Source: Gaiellales bacterium
GTDB lineage: Bacteria; Actinomycetota; Thermoleophilia; RBG-16-64-13
Assembly (NCBI GenBank): GCA_012719395.1
Contig: JAAYAL010000016.1
Span: forward strand, 85,026-149,025
DNA: 64,000 nt
Direction: 5' to 3'
The stretch's first letter is position 1, and each line of letters starts with the position of its first letter. Position numbers and translations under genes: made by a program. Of the stretch, positions 8,361 to 18,554 are shown in pieces. The notes under the pieces are model-generated. The model made no database searches. It saw nothing but the letters and a program-made list of their open reading frames with translations, and was not told the DNA's origin.

Positions 8361-10532
8361 TCAGACCTTGTCCAACCAGTGGGCCACGGCGCCAAATTGC
8401 TCCATCATGGCCTGCTTGAGGAAGTAGTGCTCCGGTTGACGCAAGGCGGCGTCCCGAGACACGATGCCCCGGGCCTCCTCCCGTGCCTCCAGCAACAGGC
8501 GCTGATCCTGCAGCAGACGAGCCACGCGCAAGTCCCCCAGGCCGGACTGTCGCTCCCCGAAGAGCTGCCCTTCGCCCCGGAGCCGCATGTCCGCCTCCGC
8601 CAGCTCAAAGCCATCGCTGGTCCGGGCGAAGACTGCCAGGCGATCCTGGGCTTCGCCGGGATCATCGTCCGTAAACAGCAGGCACAGGGACGGCAGGCGG
8701 CTCCGCCCCACTCGCCCACGAAGCTGGTGCAATTGTGACAAGCCGAAGCGGCGTGCGCCCAGGATCACCATGCAAGTGGCTCCTGCCACGTCCACCCCCA
8801 CCTCTATGACAGTGGTAGTGACGAGCACCTGCAGTCGCGCCTCGGCAAACTCCTTCATGACCTGCTGCTTGGTCGCCGGAGGCAGACTGCCGTGAAGCAG
8901 GCCCAGGGAGTAGCCGCGGAGCTCACCGGCACCGAGCTCGTCGTACATGGCGGTGGCCGCCGCCTCGCCCAAGGCCTCGCTCTCCTCTACCAGGGGACAG
9001 ACGACGTAGGCCTGTTCGCCCTTTTCCAGCCGGCGCCGTACGGCCGCCCAGGCGGCGGCGCGGCGCGGCGGTGTCACCAGCGAGGTGGCCACCGGCAGGC
9101 GCCCGGGCGGCATCTCATCCAGGATACTGACGTCCAGGTCTCCGTATAGGGTCAGACTGAGCGTGCGTGGTATGGGTGTGGCCGTCATGTGCAACAGATG
9201 GGGACGGAGCCCCCTCCTGCCCGCGGCCAGCGCCTCCCGCTGCCTCACTCCGAAGCGATGCTGTTCGTCGATCACCGCCACTCGCAGGTCGGGCAGATTC
9301 ACCTTGTCCTGGATGAGGGCATGCGTCCCCACCACCAAGCGCGCCTCACCGGAGCGAAGCGCGTCCAGCACGCGGCGGCGTTCGCTCTGAGTCTGCCCCC
9401 CACGCAGCAGGACGGGCGAAACACCGAGCGGGCTCACCATCTCCTGCAGCCGCAGGAGATGCTGCTCCGCCAGAACCTCCGTGGGGGCCATCAGGGCGGC
9501 CTGCCCTCCATCCTCCACCGCCCGCAGCAGGCAGTAGAGCGCAACGAGTGTCTTGCCGGATCCCACATCTCCCTGCAGCAGCCGCAGCATGGGCACATCT
9601 CGGCGTAGGTCAGTCTCGATTTCTGCCATCACCCTACTCTGGGCGGCGGTGGGCGCATAGGGAAGCGTGGCCGGCAATGCCGAGGAAAGCGCGCCGGGTT
9701 GGGCCAATGCGGTCGCCTGCACACGCTGTTGGCGCCGCCGCCGTTGCAGGAGCGCCAGCTGCAGGAGCAGCAACTCGCGAAAGGCGAGACTGTCCCGTGC
9801 CCGCCGAGCCTCGTCCGGCGTCCGCGGGAAGTGACAGCACAGCACCGCCTGCGAGCGTGACGGGTAGCCTCGAGCCGCGAGCAGGCGCGGCGGGCAGGGA
9901 TCAATGAGGTGCGCCGCCTCCCCGGCGGCACGGGCCACGGCCGTGCGGATGGTGCGCACACTGAGGTCTGCACTGGCCGGGTAAACTGGGACAAGCCCCA
10001 CGGTGTGAAGCCCCGCCTCCCCTCTGACCCCCAGAATCTCGCACGATTGCACCATGAAACGCGGTGCTCCCGGTCGCGCCGAGAGCACGCCCCGCACCAG
10101 GATCTCCGGCTGCGCGCCGAATGCGTTCTCCAAGTACTGCTGGTTGTACCAGACGGCCACCACCGTGCCCGTCCCGTCGCCCAGGAGTGCCTCCAGTATG
10201 CTGAGGTTGCGCCTGCGGCCCATGCGAACTCCGCAAGAGAGAACGTGGGCCTGGAGCGTGGCCGGCCGGCCTGCCGGCAAGTCCTGGATGGAGGTGAGGT
10301 GGGCTTCCGTCTCATGACGGAAGGGGAGATAGAGCAGCAGCCGGCCCACGGTTTCCACACCAACCGTGGCCAGCTTGGCAGCCACCACCTTGCCCACCCC
10401 GGGAAGAGCGGTCACCGGGCGCTCCAAAACCGCCGGGTTCAGACCCCGCTTCTGCGTGGACGGCACGGCCACCGCGGCCCTCCGCCCGACCCGGCCGCAG
10501 CCGAGAGGGAAGCTCAGCCCCCCCTTCCCCAC
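8361..10532 (-). CDS. recG: ATP-dependent DNA helicase RecG
   Basis: The 723 aa product has an N-terminal wedge region plus a superfamily 2 helicase core with Walker A (GDVGSGKT) and DEQH motifs. Confidence 0.9.
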   Translation of the reverse strand: MGKGGLSFPLGCGRVGRRAAVAVPSTQKRGLNPAVLERPVTALPGVGKVVAAKLATVGVETVGRLLLYLPFRHETEAHLTSIQDLPAGRPATLQAHVLSCGVRMGRRRNLSILEALLGDGTGTVVAVWYNQQYLENAFGAQPEILVRGVLSARPGAPRFMVQSCEILGVRGEAGLHTVGLVPVYPASADLSVRTIRTAVARAAGEAAHLIDPCPPRLLAARGYPSRSQAVLCCHFPRTPDEARRARDSLAFRELLLLQLALLQRRRRQQRVQATALAQPGALSSALPATLPYAPTAAQSRVMAEIETDLRRDVPMLRLLQGDVGSGKTLVALYCLLRAVEDGGQAALMAPTEVLAEQHLLRLQEMVSPLGVSPVLLRGGQTQSERRRVLDALRSGEARLVVGTHALIQDKVNLPDLRVAVIDEQHRFGVRQREALAAGRRGLRPHLLHMTATPIPRTLSLTLYGDLDVSILDEMPPGRLPVATSLVTPPRRAAAWAAVRRRLEKGEQAYVVCPLVEESEALGEAAATAMYDELGAGELRGYSLGLLHGSLPPATKQQVMKEFAEARLQVLVTTTVIEVGVDVAGATCMVILGARRFGLSQLHQLRGRVGRSRLPSLCLLFTDDDPGEAQDRLAVFARTSDGFELAEADMRLRGEGQLFGERQSGLGDLRVARLLQDQRLLLEAREEARGIVSRDAALRQPEHYFLKQAMMEQFGAVAHWLDKV

Positions 10533-10534
10533 GC

Positions 10535-11401
10535 CTACTCCTGCAGAACGAACAGCACCCGCGACCGCGGACCCCCGTAGGTGCCGATCACGGAGCCAAG
10601 CTCCGTGATGAAGCTGGACTCGACCGGCCGGCCGGTTTGACGAACAGCGTCAATCATCTCCTGCGCCTTGTCCGGGACTTCGGCGTGCGCGACCGCCGCG
10701 TGGAGTGGGGCGTCTGGGCGCGTCCGCTCCGCCACCGTCTCGGAAATCACCTGCATGGCTTTCTTCTCTCCCCGGGCCTTCTTGAAGGGCGTCACCAAAC
10801 CGTCCTTGAAAGTGAGGATGGGCTTGATGTTGAGCAGCGTGCCCACCAGACCGGCGGCATTGCCGACACGCCCGCCCTTGACAATGTACTCCAGCGTGTC
10901 CAGCAGGAACAGCATGATGAGGTTCTCCTGGAACCACGCGATGTAGTCCATGGTCCCCTGGTGCGTGGTCCCGGCTTCAATCCTCATCAGCAGCCGCTGC
11001 ACCAGCAGCGCGATGCCGCTGGAGCAGATCCCCGTGTCCACCACGGTGACGTTGTCCACCTGCTCCGCCGCGACCGTGGCCGCGCCAAAGGTGCCGGAAA
11101 TCTTGGAGCTGAGGTGGAAGGAGTACACGTAGTCGTAGCGGCTACGGAGATCTCGGTACACGGCCACAAACTCCCCCACCGAGGGCAGGGAGGTGGTGGG
11201 CAGTTCCTTCGCAGCACGCAGCTTGGGGTAGAAGGCCGAGGGAGTGATGTCTATCCAGTCCCGATAGGTCTCCGCTCCGAAGCGCACCAGCAGCGGTATC
11301 ATGCTGACGTTTTGGTCTTTGGCGATGAATTCCGGCATGTCTGCCGTGGAATCCACCAGGATGGCCACATTGTCTCGCGTCAGCCGGACGTCGTCGCGCA
11401 T
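10535..11401 (-). CDS. DegV family fatty-acid-binding protein
   Basis: The 288 aa product has a DegV-type N-terminus (VAILVDSTADMP) and lies adjacent to fakA. Confidence 0.85.
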   Translation of the reverse strand: MRDDVRLTRDNVAILVDSTADMPEFIAKDQNVSMIPLLVRFGAETYRDWIDITPSAFYPKLRAAKELPTTSLPSVGEFVAVYRDLRSRYDYVYSFHLSSKISGTFGAATVAAEQVDNVTVVDTGICSSGIALLVQRLLMRIEAGTTHQGTMDYIAWFQENLIMLFLLDTLEYIVKGGRVGNAAGLVGTLLNIKPILTFKDGLVTPFKKARGEKKAMQVISETVAERTRPDAPLHAAVAHAEVPDKAQEMIDAVRQTGRPVESSFITELGSVIGTYGGPRSRVLFVLQE

Positions 11402-11419
11402 GCCCCGTTCCTTTCTCAG

Positions 11420-13072
11420 TTATTCCACGGAGACCAGTAGCGGATAGAGGGGCTGCCCTCCCTCGTGGACCTCCACCTCCAGTTCTGCGTAGCGGACGAC
11501 CAGTTCGGCGGCAACGACGCGCGCTTCAGCCTCGTCCTGGCCGCTACCCACCAGCACGGTCATGATCTCGCTCTCCTCCGAGACCAAACGGTCGGTGACA
11601 TCGGCCGTCACCTGCGCCAGATCAGTTCCGGTGGCCACGACCTTCCCCTCCACCAGACCAATAAAGGCATCCCTCTTGATATCCAACCCGTCGATCTTGG
11701 AGTCTCGTACCGCGCGCGTGATCTCTCCGCCGACCACTCCCTTGAGTGCATCCTGCATCTCGTCCAAGTTGTCACGACCAGACCGGCTGGGCTCAAAGGC
11801 CACCAAGGCGGACAGGCCTCCCAGCATGGACCGGGTGGGCAGCACGTGCACCGTCTTGCCCTCCACTCTTCCCACCACGTGCTCCGCGGCCAGGATGATG
11901 TTCTTATTGTTGGGCAGGATGACCACGTCCGGAGCCAAGGCCTGCTTGACGGCAAGGATGAGCTCCTCGGCCGAGGGATTCATGGTCTGCCCGCCTTCGA
12001 CGAAGGACTGAACTCCCAGATTGGCGTAGAGGGCACGGATGCCGTCCCCCGCCACCACCGCCACCACCTCGCTCACGGGCGGTTCCCCCATCTCCTCCTG
12101 GGAGGCGGAAGGACTTGGGGGTGTGTAGCCCTCCGCCTGCCGGAGACGGCGATCACGCTCCGCGGTCTGGTCCTTCATGTTGTCGATCTCAACTTCGCGC
12201 AGAACGCCGCGCGCCGTGGCCAGGGCCAGAACCTGCCCGGGCTCGTCCGTGTGCACGTGCACCTTGATCTGCCGCGCACTTCCCACCACCAGCAGGCTGT
12301 CCCCCAGGGGCATGAGTGCCTCCTCGAAGGCCTCGCGATCCAGATTATCCCCGGTCACCAGGAAACTGGTGCAGTAGAGGTACGGGCTGACGGCATGCTC
12401 GACGGCCTCGTCTCGCCGCGGCAAGACCACGGGGGCTTCCATGTCCACGCGCTCCGCCCCCTGCCCCAGACGCATCCCCTCCAAGAGCACCACCAGGCCG
12501 AAGCCTCCCGCGTCCACCACCCCCGCATCCGCCAAGGCTCTGAGCAGCTGAGGCGTCCGCCGCACGCTTTCCCAGCCGGCTTCGGCCACAAGGCGCAGCA
12601 TCTCCTCCAAATCGGCGGTAACAGGCGCGGCCTCCGCCGCCTCCGCCATCTCCCGCAACACAGTGAGCATAGTGCCTTCCACCGGCTTGCGCACCGCCCG
12701 ATACGCCGTCTCCGTAGCCCGACGCAAAGTGGCAGCCAGTACCGGTGGCGTGAGCTCACCCACTTCCCCCAACGCCTCCATGGCACCGCGGACCATCTGC
12801 GACAGGATAACGCCGCTGTTGCCGCGCGCGCCCATGAGCGCCGCCTCCTCCACATGGGAGCAGACCCCGGCTGCATCCAGAGAGGAAGGGGCTGCTTGCA
12901 GGTCCTCCAGGATGCTCTTGACCGTCAGCGAGAGGTTGGTGCCCGTGTCCCCGTCTGGGACGGGATAGACGTTGAGATTGTTGACCTCCTGCTTGCGGGC
13001 CTCCAAGGAGCGAAAGGCGGCACGCACCACAGCTCGGGCGCCCGACACCGTGACGAGGCCCACGTCACTCAT
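11420..13072 (-). CDS. fakA: DAK2-domain fatty acid kinase subunit FakA (YloV-like)
   Basis: About 550 aa. The start was set at MSDVGLVTVSG. It has a DAK2 domain and sits in the yloU-yloV gene order. Confidence 0.8.
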   Translation of the reverse strand: MSDVGLVTVSGARAVVRAAFRSLEARKQEVNNLNVYPVPDGDTGTNLSLTVKSILEDLQAAPSSLDAAGVCSHVEEAALMGARGNSGVILSQMVRGAMEALGEVGELTPPVLAATLRRATETAYRAVRKPVEGTMLTVLREMAEAAEAAPVTADLEEMLRLVAEAGWESVRRTPQLLRALADAGVVDAGGFGLVVLLEGMRLGQGAERVDMEAPVVLPRRDEAVEHAVSPYLYCTSFLVTGDNLDREAFEEALMPLGDSLLVVGSARQIKVHVHTDEPGQVLALATARGVLREVEIDNMKDQTAERDRRLRQAEGYTPPSPSASQEEMGEPPVSEVVAVVAGDGIRALYANLGVQSFVEGGQTMNPSAEELILAVKQALAPDVVILPNNKNIILAAEHVVGRVEGKTVHVLPTRSMLGGLSALVAFEPSRSGRDNLDEMQDALKGVVGGEITRAVRDSKIDGLDIKRDAFIGLVEGKVVATGTDLAQVTADVTDRLVSEESEIMTVLVGSGQDEAEARVVAAELVVRYAELEVEVHEGGQPLYPLLVSVE

Positions 13073-13466
13073 CCCCAACCCGCACTCCCTGGACGTGGAT
13101 GTGGACCTCCGTGACCTGGCGGCGCGTGGTCCTCTCCACATTGTAGAGAACCTGGGAGCGGACGTTACCGGCTACCTCTGCGATGTTGAGACCGTACTCC
13201 ACCACAATGAAGAGGTCTATCTTGAGGTGATCCTTGGACCAGTCCACCTTGATACCCTGGTGGAGCTTGTCCCGAGTGAGCAGGCGCGCGACACCCCGAT
13301 ACATGTTGGGAGCGGCCATGCCCACCACGCCGTAGCACTCCAGCACCGTGAGCCCCACCACATCGGCGATGGCCTTCTCTGTCACTATCACCTGGCCGCC
13401 CTGGGTTACGGCCGTCTGGGCCTCCGGGCGGCTCCCCCCGGGCCTGTGCACGCCTACCTTCTTCAT
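13065..13466 (-). CDS. Asp23/Gls24 family envelope stress protein
   Basis: The sequence reads MKKVGVHRPGG...VTEKAIADVVGLTVLECYGVV, and the gene lies upstream of fakA as in Bacillus yloU. Confidence 0.75.
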   Translation of the reverse strand: MKKVGVHRPGGSRPEAQTAVTQGGQVIVTEKAIADVVGLTVLECYGVVGMAAPNMYRGVARLLTRDKLHQGIKVDWSKDHLKIDLFIVVEYGLNIAEVAGNVRSQVLYNVERTTRRQVTEVHIHVQGVRVGDE

Positions 13467-13621
13467 CTCCCACCCCACGCTTGCCTGGATGGCCTATTGT
13501 ACACCACCGATTTTGCGGCCCGGCGCGGCCGTCGGTTGACAACCGGCTTGCCAAGCGACCAACGCCAAGGCATACTTAAGCGCTTAGAAAAGCCACCCCG
13601 GCGAAGGGAAGAGGATACAAG

Positions 13622-13813
13622 ATGTCGAGAATCTGCGCCGTTTGCGGGAAGGCACCTTCCTTCGGCAACAACCGCAGCCACTCCATGCGCGCCACTCCGC
13701 GCCGGTGGAACGTGAACGTGCACCAGGTGCGCATTCTCATCAAGGGCCGGCCCACCCGCGCCTATGTCTGCACCAAGTGTCTCAAGGCCAACAAGGTACT
13801 GAAGGCCCTCTAG
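13622..13813 (+). CDS. rpmB: 50S ribosomal protein L28
   Basis: MSRICAVCGKAPSFGNNRSHSMRATPRRWNVN is the characteristic L28 N-terminus, and the protein is 63 aa. Confidence 0.85.
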   Translation: MSRICAVCGKAPSFGNNRSHSMRATPRRWNVNVHQVRILIKGRPTRAYVCTKCLKANKVLKAL

Positions 13814-13827
13814 GACTGTAGCCTTGA

Positions 13828-13870
13828 GACAGGGGGCCGCCGGGCGCAACGCGCCCGGCGGCCCCCTGTC
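13828..13870. terminator. GC-rich perfect hairpin acting as a bidirectional terminator between convergent rpmB and ribH
   Basis: The inverted repeat is gacagggggccgccgggcgc / gcgcccggcggccccctgtc with a 3-nt loop. No U-tract follows, which is common in high-GC genomes. Confidence 0.5.
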
Positions 13871-13909
13871 TCCTCTCCAGGCGCTCCGCGTCGCACCCTA
13901 CGTCGCGCC

Positions 13910-14401
13910 CTACATACCTCTATCGGCCATGCCCCTCAGCAAATTGGCCATCTCCAAACCGGCCACCGCGGCATCCCAGCCCTTGTTCCCGGCCTTGGTA
14001 CCCGCGCGTTCCACCGCCTGTTCTATGGTATCCGTGGTCAGCACGCCAAACATCACGGGCACGCCCGTATCCAGCCCCACCTTGGCAATACCCTTGGAGA
14101 CCTCCGCCGCCACGTAGTCGAAATGCGGCGTGGAGCCGCGTATCACCGCCCCCAAACAGATGACCATGTCGTAGCGCCCGCTGCGGGCCATTCGCCCGGC
14201 CACCAGCGGGATCTCGAAGGCGCCCGGCACCCACGCCACCTCTATCTGCGCCGGATCGGCGCCGTGCCGCGTGAGGCAATCCATGGTCCCGGAGAGCAGT
14301 TTGCCGGAGATGAACTCGTTGAAGCGGGCGATGACCACCCCAACGGAGAGCCCTTCGCCGGACAGTTGCCCCTCGTAGGTAGTTCCCGCAACATCCGTCA
14401 T
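13910..14401 (-). CDS. ribH: 6,7-dimethyl-8-ribityllumazine synthase
   Basis: The 163 aa product carries the lumazine synthase motif [10 protein letters not shown]...AFEIPL. Confidence 0.9.
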   Translation of the reverse strand: MTDVAGTTYEGQLSGEGLSVGVVIARFNEFISGKLLSGTMDCLTRHGADPAQIEVAWVPGAFEIPLVAGRMARSGRYDMVICLGAVIRGSTPHFDYVAAEVSKGIAKVGLDTGVPVMFGVLTTDTIEQAVERAGTKAGNKGWDAAVAGLEMANLLRGMADRGM

Positions 14402-15666
14402 GCCTGGCCTCCCTCGGCGATCGTCTCCTCATCCTCATCGGCAGGCAAACCCTGGTGATGCAGAATGTGCCCCATCTTGCGCCGCTTGGCATCGAGATAG
14501 CGGGCGTTCTGGCGCCGCGGCTTCATCTCGATAGACACTCGCTCGGTGACAGTGAGCCCGTAGCCCTCCAGCCCTACCAGTTTGCGGGGGTTATTGGTCA
14601 GCAGGCGAATGCTGGTGAGCCCCAGATCAACCAGGATCTGGGCCCCGATGCCGTAGTCGCGCAGGTCCGCCGGGAAGCCCAGGCGTATGTTGGCCTCCAC
14701 CGTATCCAGACCTTCCTCCTGCAGCTTGTAGGCGCGCAGCTTGTTGAGCAGCCCGATACCGCGGCCCTCCTGTGCCATGTAGACGACAACACCGCACCCC
14801 TCGTCCTCGATCATCTGCAGCGCAGCGGCGAGTTGCTCGCCGCAATCGCAGCGGAGGCTGTGAAACACATCACCGGTCAAGCACTCGCTGTGCATGCGCA
14901 CCAGCACGTTCTCCGTCCTGGTCACGTCGCCCTTGACCAGCGCCAGGTGCTGCTCATGGTCCAGCAGGCTCTCGTACCCGATGGCCCGGAAATCACCCCA
15001 CTCCGTGGGCAACTGCGCCTCTCCGCCCCGGCGCACCAGCTTCTCGCGCCGCCGCCGGTACTCGATGATATCGGCCACCGTCACCAGCTTGATGCCGTGC
15101 TCCCGGCAGTACGGCTGCAGGTCGGGCACACGGGCCATGGTGCCGTCGTCGTTCATCACCTCACAGATGACCCCGGCCGGATTGAGCCCGGCCAGCCGGG
15201 CCAGGTCCACGGCCGCTTCGGTTTGGCCAGTCCGCTCCAGCACTCCACCCGGTCGCGCACGCAGCGGGAAGACGTGACCGGGTTGCACGATGTCCTCTGG
15301 ACGGCTGCTGGAATCGATGGCCACCTGGATGGTGTGGGCCCGGTCCGCCGCGGAGATCCCGGTGGAGACGCCTTCTCGAGCCTCGATGGAGATGGTGAAA
15401 GCGGTCTCGAAGCGCGACTGGTTGTTGCGCGTCATGGCATGCAGGCCCAGCTCGTCGCAGCGCTCGGGTGTGAGCGCCAAGCAGATGAGACCGCGTCCAT
15501 ACTTGGCCATGAAGTTGATGGCGTCCGGAGTGACGAACTGCGCCGCCATGGTCAGGTCGCCCTCGTTCTCCCGGCCCTCGTCGTCGCAGACAACCACCAT
15601 CCGCCCGGCTTTGATCTCCTCCAACGCTTCCTCTATGGATGCAAAGGGCGAGTCGTCCGTCTTCAC
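14398..15666 (-). CDS. ribBA: bifunctional 3,4-dihydroxy-2-butanone-4-phosphate synthase / GTP cyclohydrolase II
   Basis: The start was set at a GTG preceded by GGGAGG ([38 protein letters not shown]). Both the DHBP synthase and GTP cyclohydrolase II halves are present. The longer ORF-track N-terminus overlaps ribE. Confidence 0.85.
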   Translation of the reverse strand: MKTDDSPFASIEEALEEIKAGRMVVVCDDEGRENEGDLTMAAQFVTPDAINFMAKYGRGLICLALTPERCDELGLHAMTRNNQSRFETAFTISIEAREGVSTGISAADRAHTIQVAIDSSSRPEDIVQPGHVFPLRARPGGVLERTGQTEAAVDLARLAGLNPAGVICEVMNDDGTMARVPDLQPYCREHGIKLVTVADIIEYRRRREKLVRRGGEAQLPTEWGDFRAIGYESLLDHEQHLALVKGDVTRTENVLVRMHSECLTGDVFHSLRCDCGEQLAAALQMIEDEGCGVVVYMAQEGRGIGLLNKLRAYKLQEEGLDTVEANIRLGFPADLRDYGIGAQILVDLGLTSIRLLTNNPRKLVGLEGYGLTVTERVSIEMKPRRQNARYLDAKRRKMGHILHHQGLPADEDEETIAEGGQA

Positions 15667-15706
15667 TACGCTACCTCCCGAGGCTCCCTTCGAGCCCCTC
15701 GTCCGG

Positions 15707-16378
15707 TTAGAAACCCAATCGTCGCAAGCTCTCCCGCGTGAGGCCGCCTTCGCCCCCCGCTTTCCGCCCGGCATCCTCGCCCGCCGCAAGCAGGCCGGAG
15801 AGCGCCTGCCGCACGTAGCGGGCCAGCACGTCCGCCTCCAGGTTCACCCGCCGGCCCGGAGCCGCCCCCTTCAGGGTGGTGGAAGCCAGCGTATGAGGGA
15901 TGATGCCCAACCCGAAATCTGCCTCGGACACGTCGGTCACGGTCAGCGAGATACCGTCCACGGCCACTGAGCCCTTGGGCGCCACGTAGCCGCGCAGCTC
16001 CGCCGGCAGCTTGACGCGCAGTTCCCAGGCGATTCCCCGCGTCTGCACCGCGGCGACTTCCCCCACCGCATCCACGTGGCCCAGCACCAGATGCCCACCC
16101 AACCTGTCGCCCAAGGCCATGGCGCGCTCCAGGTTGACCGGATCTCCAGGTCTAAGGGTCCCGAGGGTGGTATGGGCCAGTGTCTCCGCCATGCAATCGA
16201 CGGCGAAGCTCCCCTCGCCCACCTGCACCACGGTGAGACAGGCGCCGTTGACGGCGATGGAATCGCCCAGGCGCGTCCCGCCCAGCACCGCATGTGCACG
16301 CACGTGCAGGTGGGCGCCCTCCGGTACCCGGGCCAGCCTCACCACCGCACCAACTTCTTCTATGAGCCCGGTGAACAT
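15707..16378 (-). CDS. ribE: riboflavin synthase alpha subunit
   Basis: [10 protein letters not shown]... reads as two lumazine-binding repeats over 223 aa. Confidence 0.85.
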   Translation of the reverse strand: MFTGLIEEVGAVVRLARVPEGAHLHVRAHAVLGGTRLGDSIAVNGACLTVVQVGEGSFAVDCMAETLAHTTLGTLRPGDPVNLERAMALGDRLGGHLVLGHVDAVGEVAAVQTRGIAWELRVKLPAELRGYVAPKGSVAVDGISLTVTDVSEADFGLGIIPHTLASTTLKGAAPGRRVNLEADVLARYVRQALSGLLAAGEDAGRKAGGEGGLTRESLRRLGF

Positions 16379-16414
16379 GCCGTCCTCTCTCCCCCTGCCT
16401 GCCGGCGGACTCCT

Positions 16415-17533
16415 CTACAGCGGCTCACGCACGTAGCCACTCACCGCCACGTCCCGGCCGAACTGGGCCGTGGTGACATCGCGCAGGCGCCCGGCCTGAT
16501 CCATGCGTTGACTCCCGCATCCACCGAAAGGCCCGAGTCCCGCCCCGCCCACTATCACGGGAGCCACGAATGCCACTATGCGGTCAATCAGACCCGCCTT
16601 CCACCAGGCACCGGCCACAGTGGGCCCGCCTTCCAGCAGCAGGCTCTGCACTTCCCTCCGCCCCAGGAGCACCGCCACTTCCTGCGGCAGCGGTCGCCCG
16701 GCGGCGTCCGCCGGTACGCTGACTACCTCCACCCCCCACCCGGCCACCTCGCGCACGCGGCTCTCCGGTGCCTGGGGCCCGCAAATGCAGAGGACCGGGC
16801 CCTCGGCGGCCGTGCGCACCAACGCGCTGTCCGACCGAAGGCTCAGACGAGGATCCAGCACGATGCGGAGCGGCTGGGCAATCGCGGGCACATCGCGGGC
16901 CGTGAGCCGCGAGTTGTCGGCGTGCAGTGTCCCGCTTCCCACCACGATGGCATCCAGGGAGGCGCGCAGACGGTGGGCTTCGCGGCGGCTCTCCTCGCCA
17001 CTTATCCACTGGGAGTGGCGCGCGGCAGTGGCCACACAGCCATCCAGCGTCATGGCGTACTTGTAGGTCACGAAAGGTCGGCCCGTCACGGCCCAGGTGC
17101 GAAACGCGTCATTCTGCCGGCGCGCCCGGTAGCAGATGTCGCCCTCGTCCACCACCACATCCACGCCTGCCGACCGCAGCCGTTGAATGCCCTTCCCCGC
17201 TACTTTGGCCGAGGGATCCACGGCCGCCACCACCACCCGGGTCACGCCGGCCTGCACCAACAGGTCCGCGCAGGGAGGAGTGCGACCGAAGTGAGAGCAG
17301 GGTTCCAGGGAAACATAGACAGTTGTGCCCCGCAGCCGGCCTCCAAAGGTGGGGGCGGGCTGCCCGGGGGCCGCCGCCTTGAGCGCCGCCACCTCCGCGT
17401 GGTCCTCTCCCACCGCCACGTGGTGGGCCTCGCTGAGCACGCGCCCCTCGCGCACCACCACGGAGCCTACTACGGGGTTGGGCCTCGTGCACCCTCGACC
17501 CCGCTCGGCGAGCTCAAGGGTGCGCAGCAACAT
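16415..17533 (-). CDS. ribD: bifunctional diaminohydroxyphosphoribosylaminopyrimidine deaminase / 5-amino-6-(5-phosphoribosylamino)uracil reductase
   Basis: The start was set at MLLRTLELAERG downstream of the riboswitch. It has a CMP/dCMP-deaminase zinc motif (HAEVAAL...PCSHFGRTPPC) plus a reductase domain. Confidence 0.85.
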   Translation of the reverse strand: MLLRTLELAERGRGCTRPNPVVGSVVVREGRVLSEAHHVAVGEDHAEVAALKAAAPGQPAPTFGGRLRGTTVYVSLEPCSHFGRTPPCADLLVQAGVTRVVVAAVDPSAKVAGKGIQRLRSAGVDVVVDEGDICYRARRQNDAFRTWAVTGRPFVTYKYAMTLDGCVATAARHSQWISGEESRREAHRLRASLDAIVVGSGTLHADNSRLTARDVPAIAQPLRIVLDPRLSLRSDSALVRTAAEGPVLCICGPQAPESRVREVAGWGVEVVSVPADAAGRPLPQEVAVLLGRREVQSLLLEGGPTVAGAWWKAGLIDRIVAFVAPVIVGGAGLGPFGGCGSQRMDQAGRLRDVTTAQFGRDVAVSGYVREPL

Positions 17534-17611
17534 GCGCCTGTCGAATTCCTGGAGCGGCAAAGAAGCCTCCAACTCACGCTGCAGGGTTGGAGGATGGGCA
17601 GCGGACAGCGA

Positions 17612-17728
17612 ATGGCCTTCTCCCATCCAGACTCTGACTGTCGGCCCAGGAATCTCACCTGGTCTTGCCCTGGGGGCTCGCGGGCTATCACCGCCGGTAG
17701 GGAATCTCACCCAACCCTGAAGACCTTG
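17612..17728 (-). promoter_or_regulatory. FMN riboswitch (RFN element) in the ribDE(BA)H leader
   Basis: The minus-strand RNA reads cuucaggguugggugagauucccuaccggcggugauagcccgcgagccc...gccgacagucagagucuggaugggagaagg. This matches the RFN consensus blocks GGGUGAAAUUCCCGACCGGCGGUA and GCCGACAGUGAAAGUCUGGAUGGGAGAAGG. A downstream cccauccucc tract could pair alternatively with GGAUGGG. Confidence 0.8.
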
Positions 17729-17809
17729 CCCTTCAGCAGTACGGAATATACCACGCCGCCCCCGCTCTCACCAGTTGCCGGCTTCCGAGCCGTGGAGACA
17801 GAGGTCTTC

Positions 17810-18520
17810 TCATCGACCGAGCCGGCCGTGGCTGCCCGTCTCGCGGGCCATTGCGCTCAGCGCCCGGAACTCCGCCGCCGGGTCAGCCGCCCCGAACACG
17901 GCCGAGCCCGCCACCAGCCAACGTCCGCCTGCCGTCGCCACAGCCCCGATGGTGTCCCGCCCCACTCCCCCGTCCACCTGGATGGGAACCTGCGGCGGCA
18001 GCATCGCTCGAAGACGCCGGATCTTGTCCACGCTCTCCGGGATGAAGCTCTGCCCCCCAAACCCAGGATTCACGCTCATGAGCAGGACGAAGTCGGCATG
18101 ACGCGCAGCCTCCTCAATCGCGCCCAGCGGTGTCCCCGGGTTGAGCACCACCCCCGCGCTCAGACCGAGTTCCCGGATGGTGGTCAGCGTCTTGTGGATA
18201 TGGCGGCAGGCCTCGATGTGCACGCTCAGGCCATCGGCTCCCGCCCGGGCGAAATCCTCCACGTAGCGGTCCGGCTCCTCGATCATGAGGTGGACGTCCA
18301 GGAAGGCGCCGGCTGCATGGACCACCGGGGCCAGCGACGCCACCACCGGCTGGCCGATGGTGATGTTGGGGACGAAATGACCGTCCATGACGTCGATGTG
18401 GAGCAACCGAGCCCCGGCCTCCATCACCACGGCGGTGGCTTCACCAAGGCGGGAGAAATCGGCCGAGAGCACGGAGGGAAGGACAAGTGGCTCACTGCTC
18501 AGGGATGTGGGGATGGCCAT
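17810..18520 (-). CDS. rpe: ribulose-phosphate 3-epimerase
   Basis: The N-terminus LVLPSVLSADFSRLGE and the HIDVMDGHFVPN motifs are present. The start was set at the internal ATG (MAIPTS...). Confidence 0.8.
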   Translation of the reverse strand: MAIPTSLSSEPLVLPSVLSADFSRLGEATAVVMEAGARLLHIDVMDGHFVPNITIGQPVVASLAPVVHAAGAFLDVHLMIEEPDRYVEDFARAGADGLSVHIEACRHIHKTLTTIRELGLSAGVVLNPGTPLGAIEEAARHADFVLLMSVNPGFGGQSFIPESVDKIRRLRAMLPPQVPIQVDGGVGRDTIGAVATAGGRWLVAGSAVFGAADPAAEFRALSAMARETGSHGRLGR

Positions 18521-18554
18521 GGGGATTGCGCTCCTCTGGTAGCCGATAGCGACG

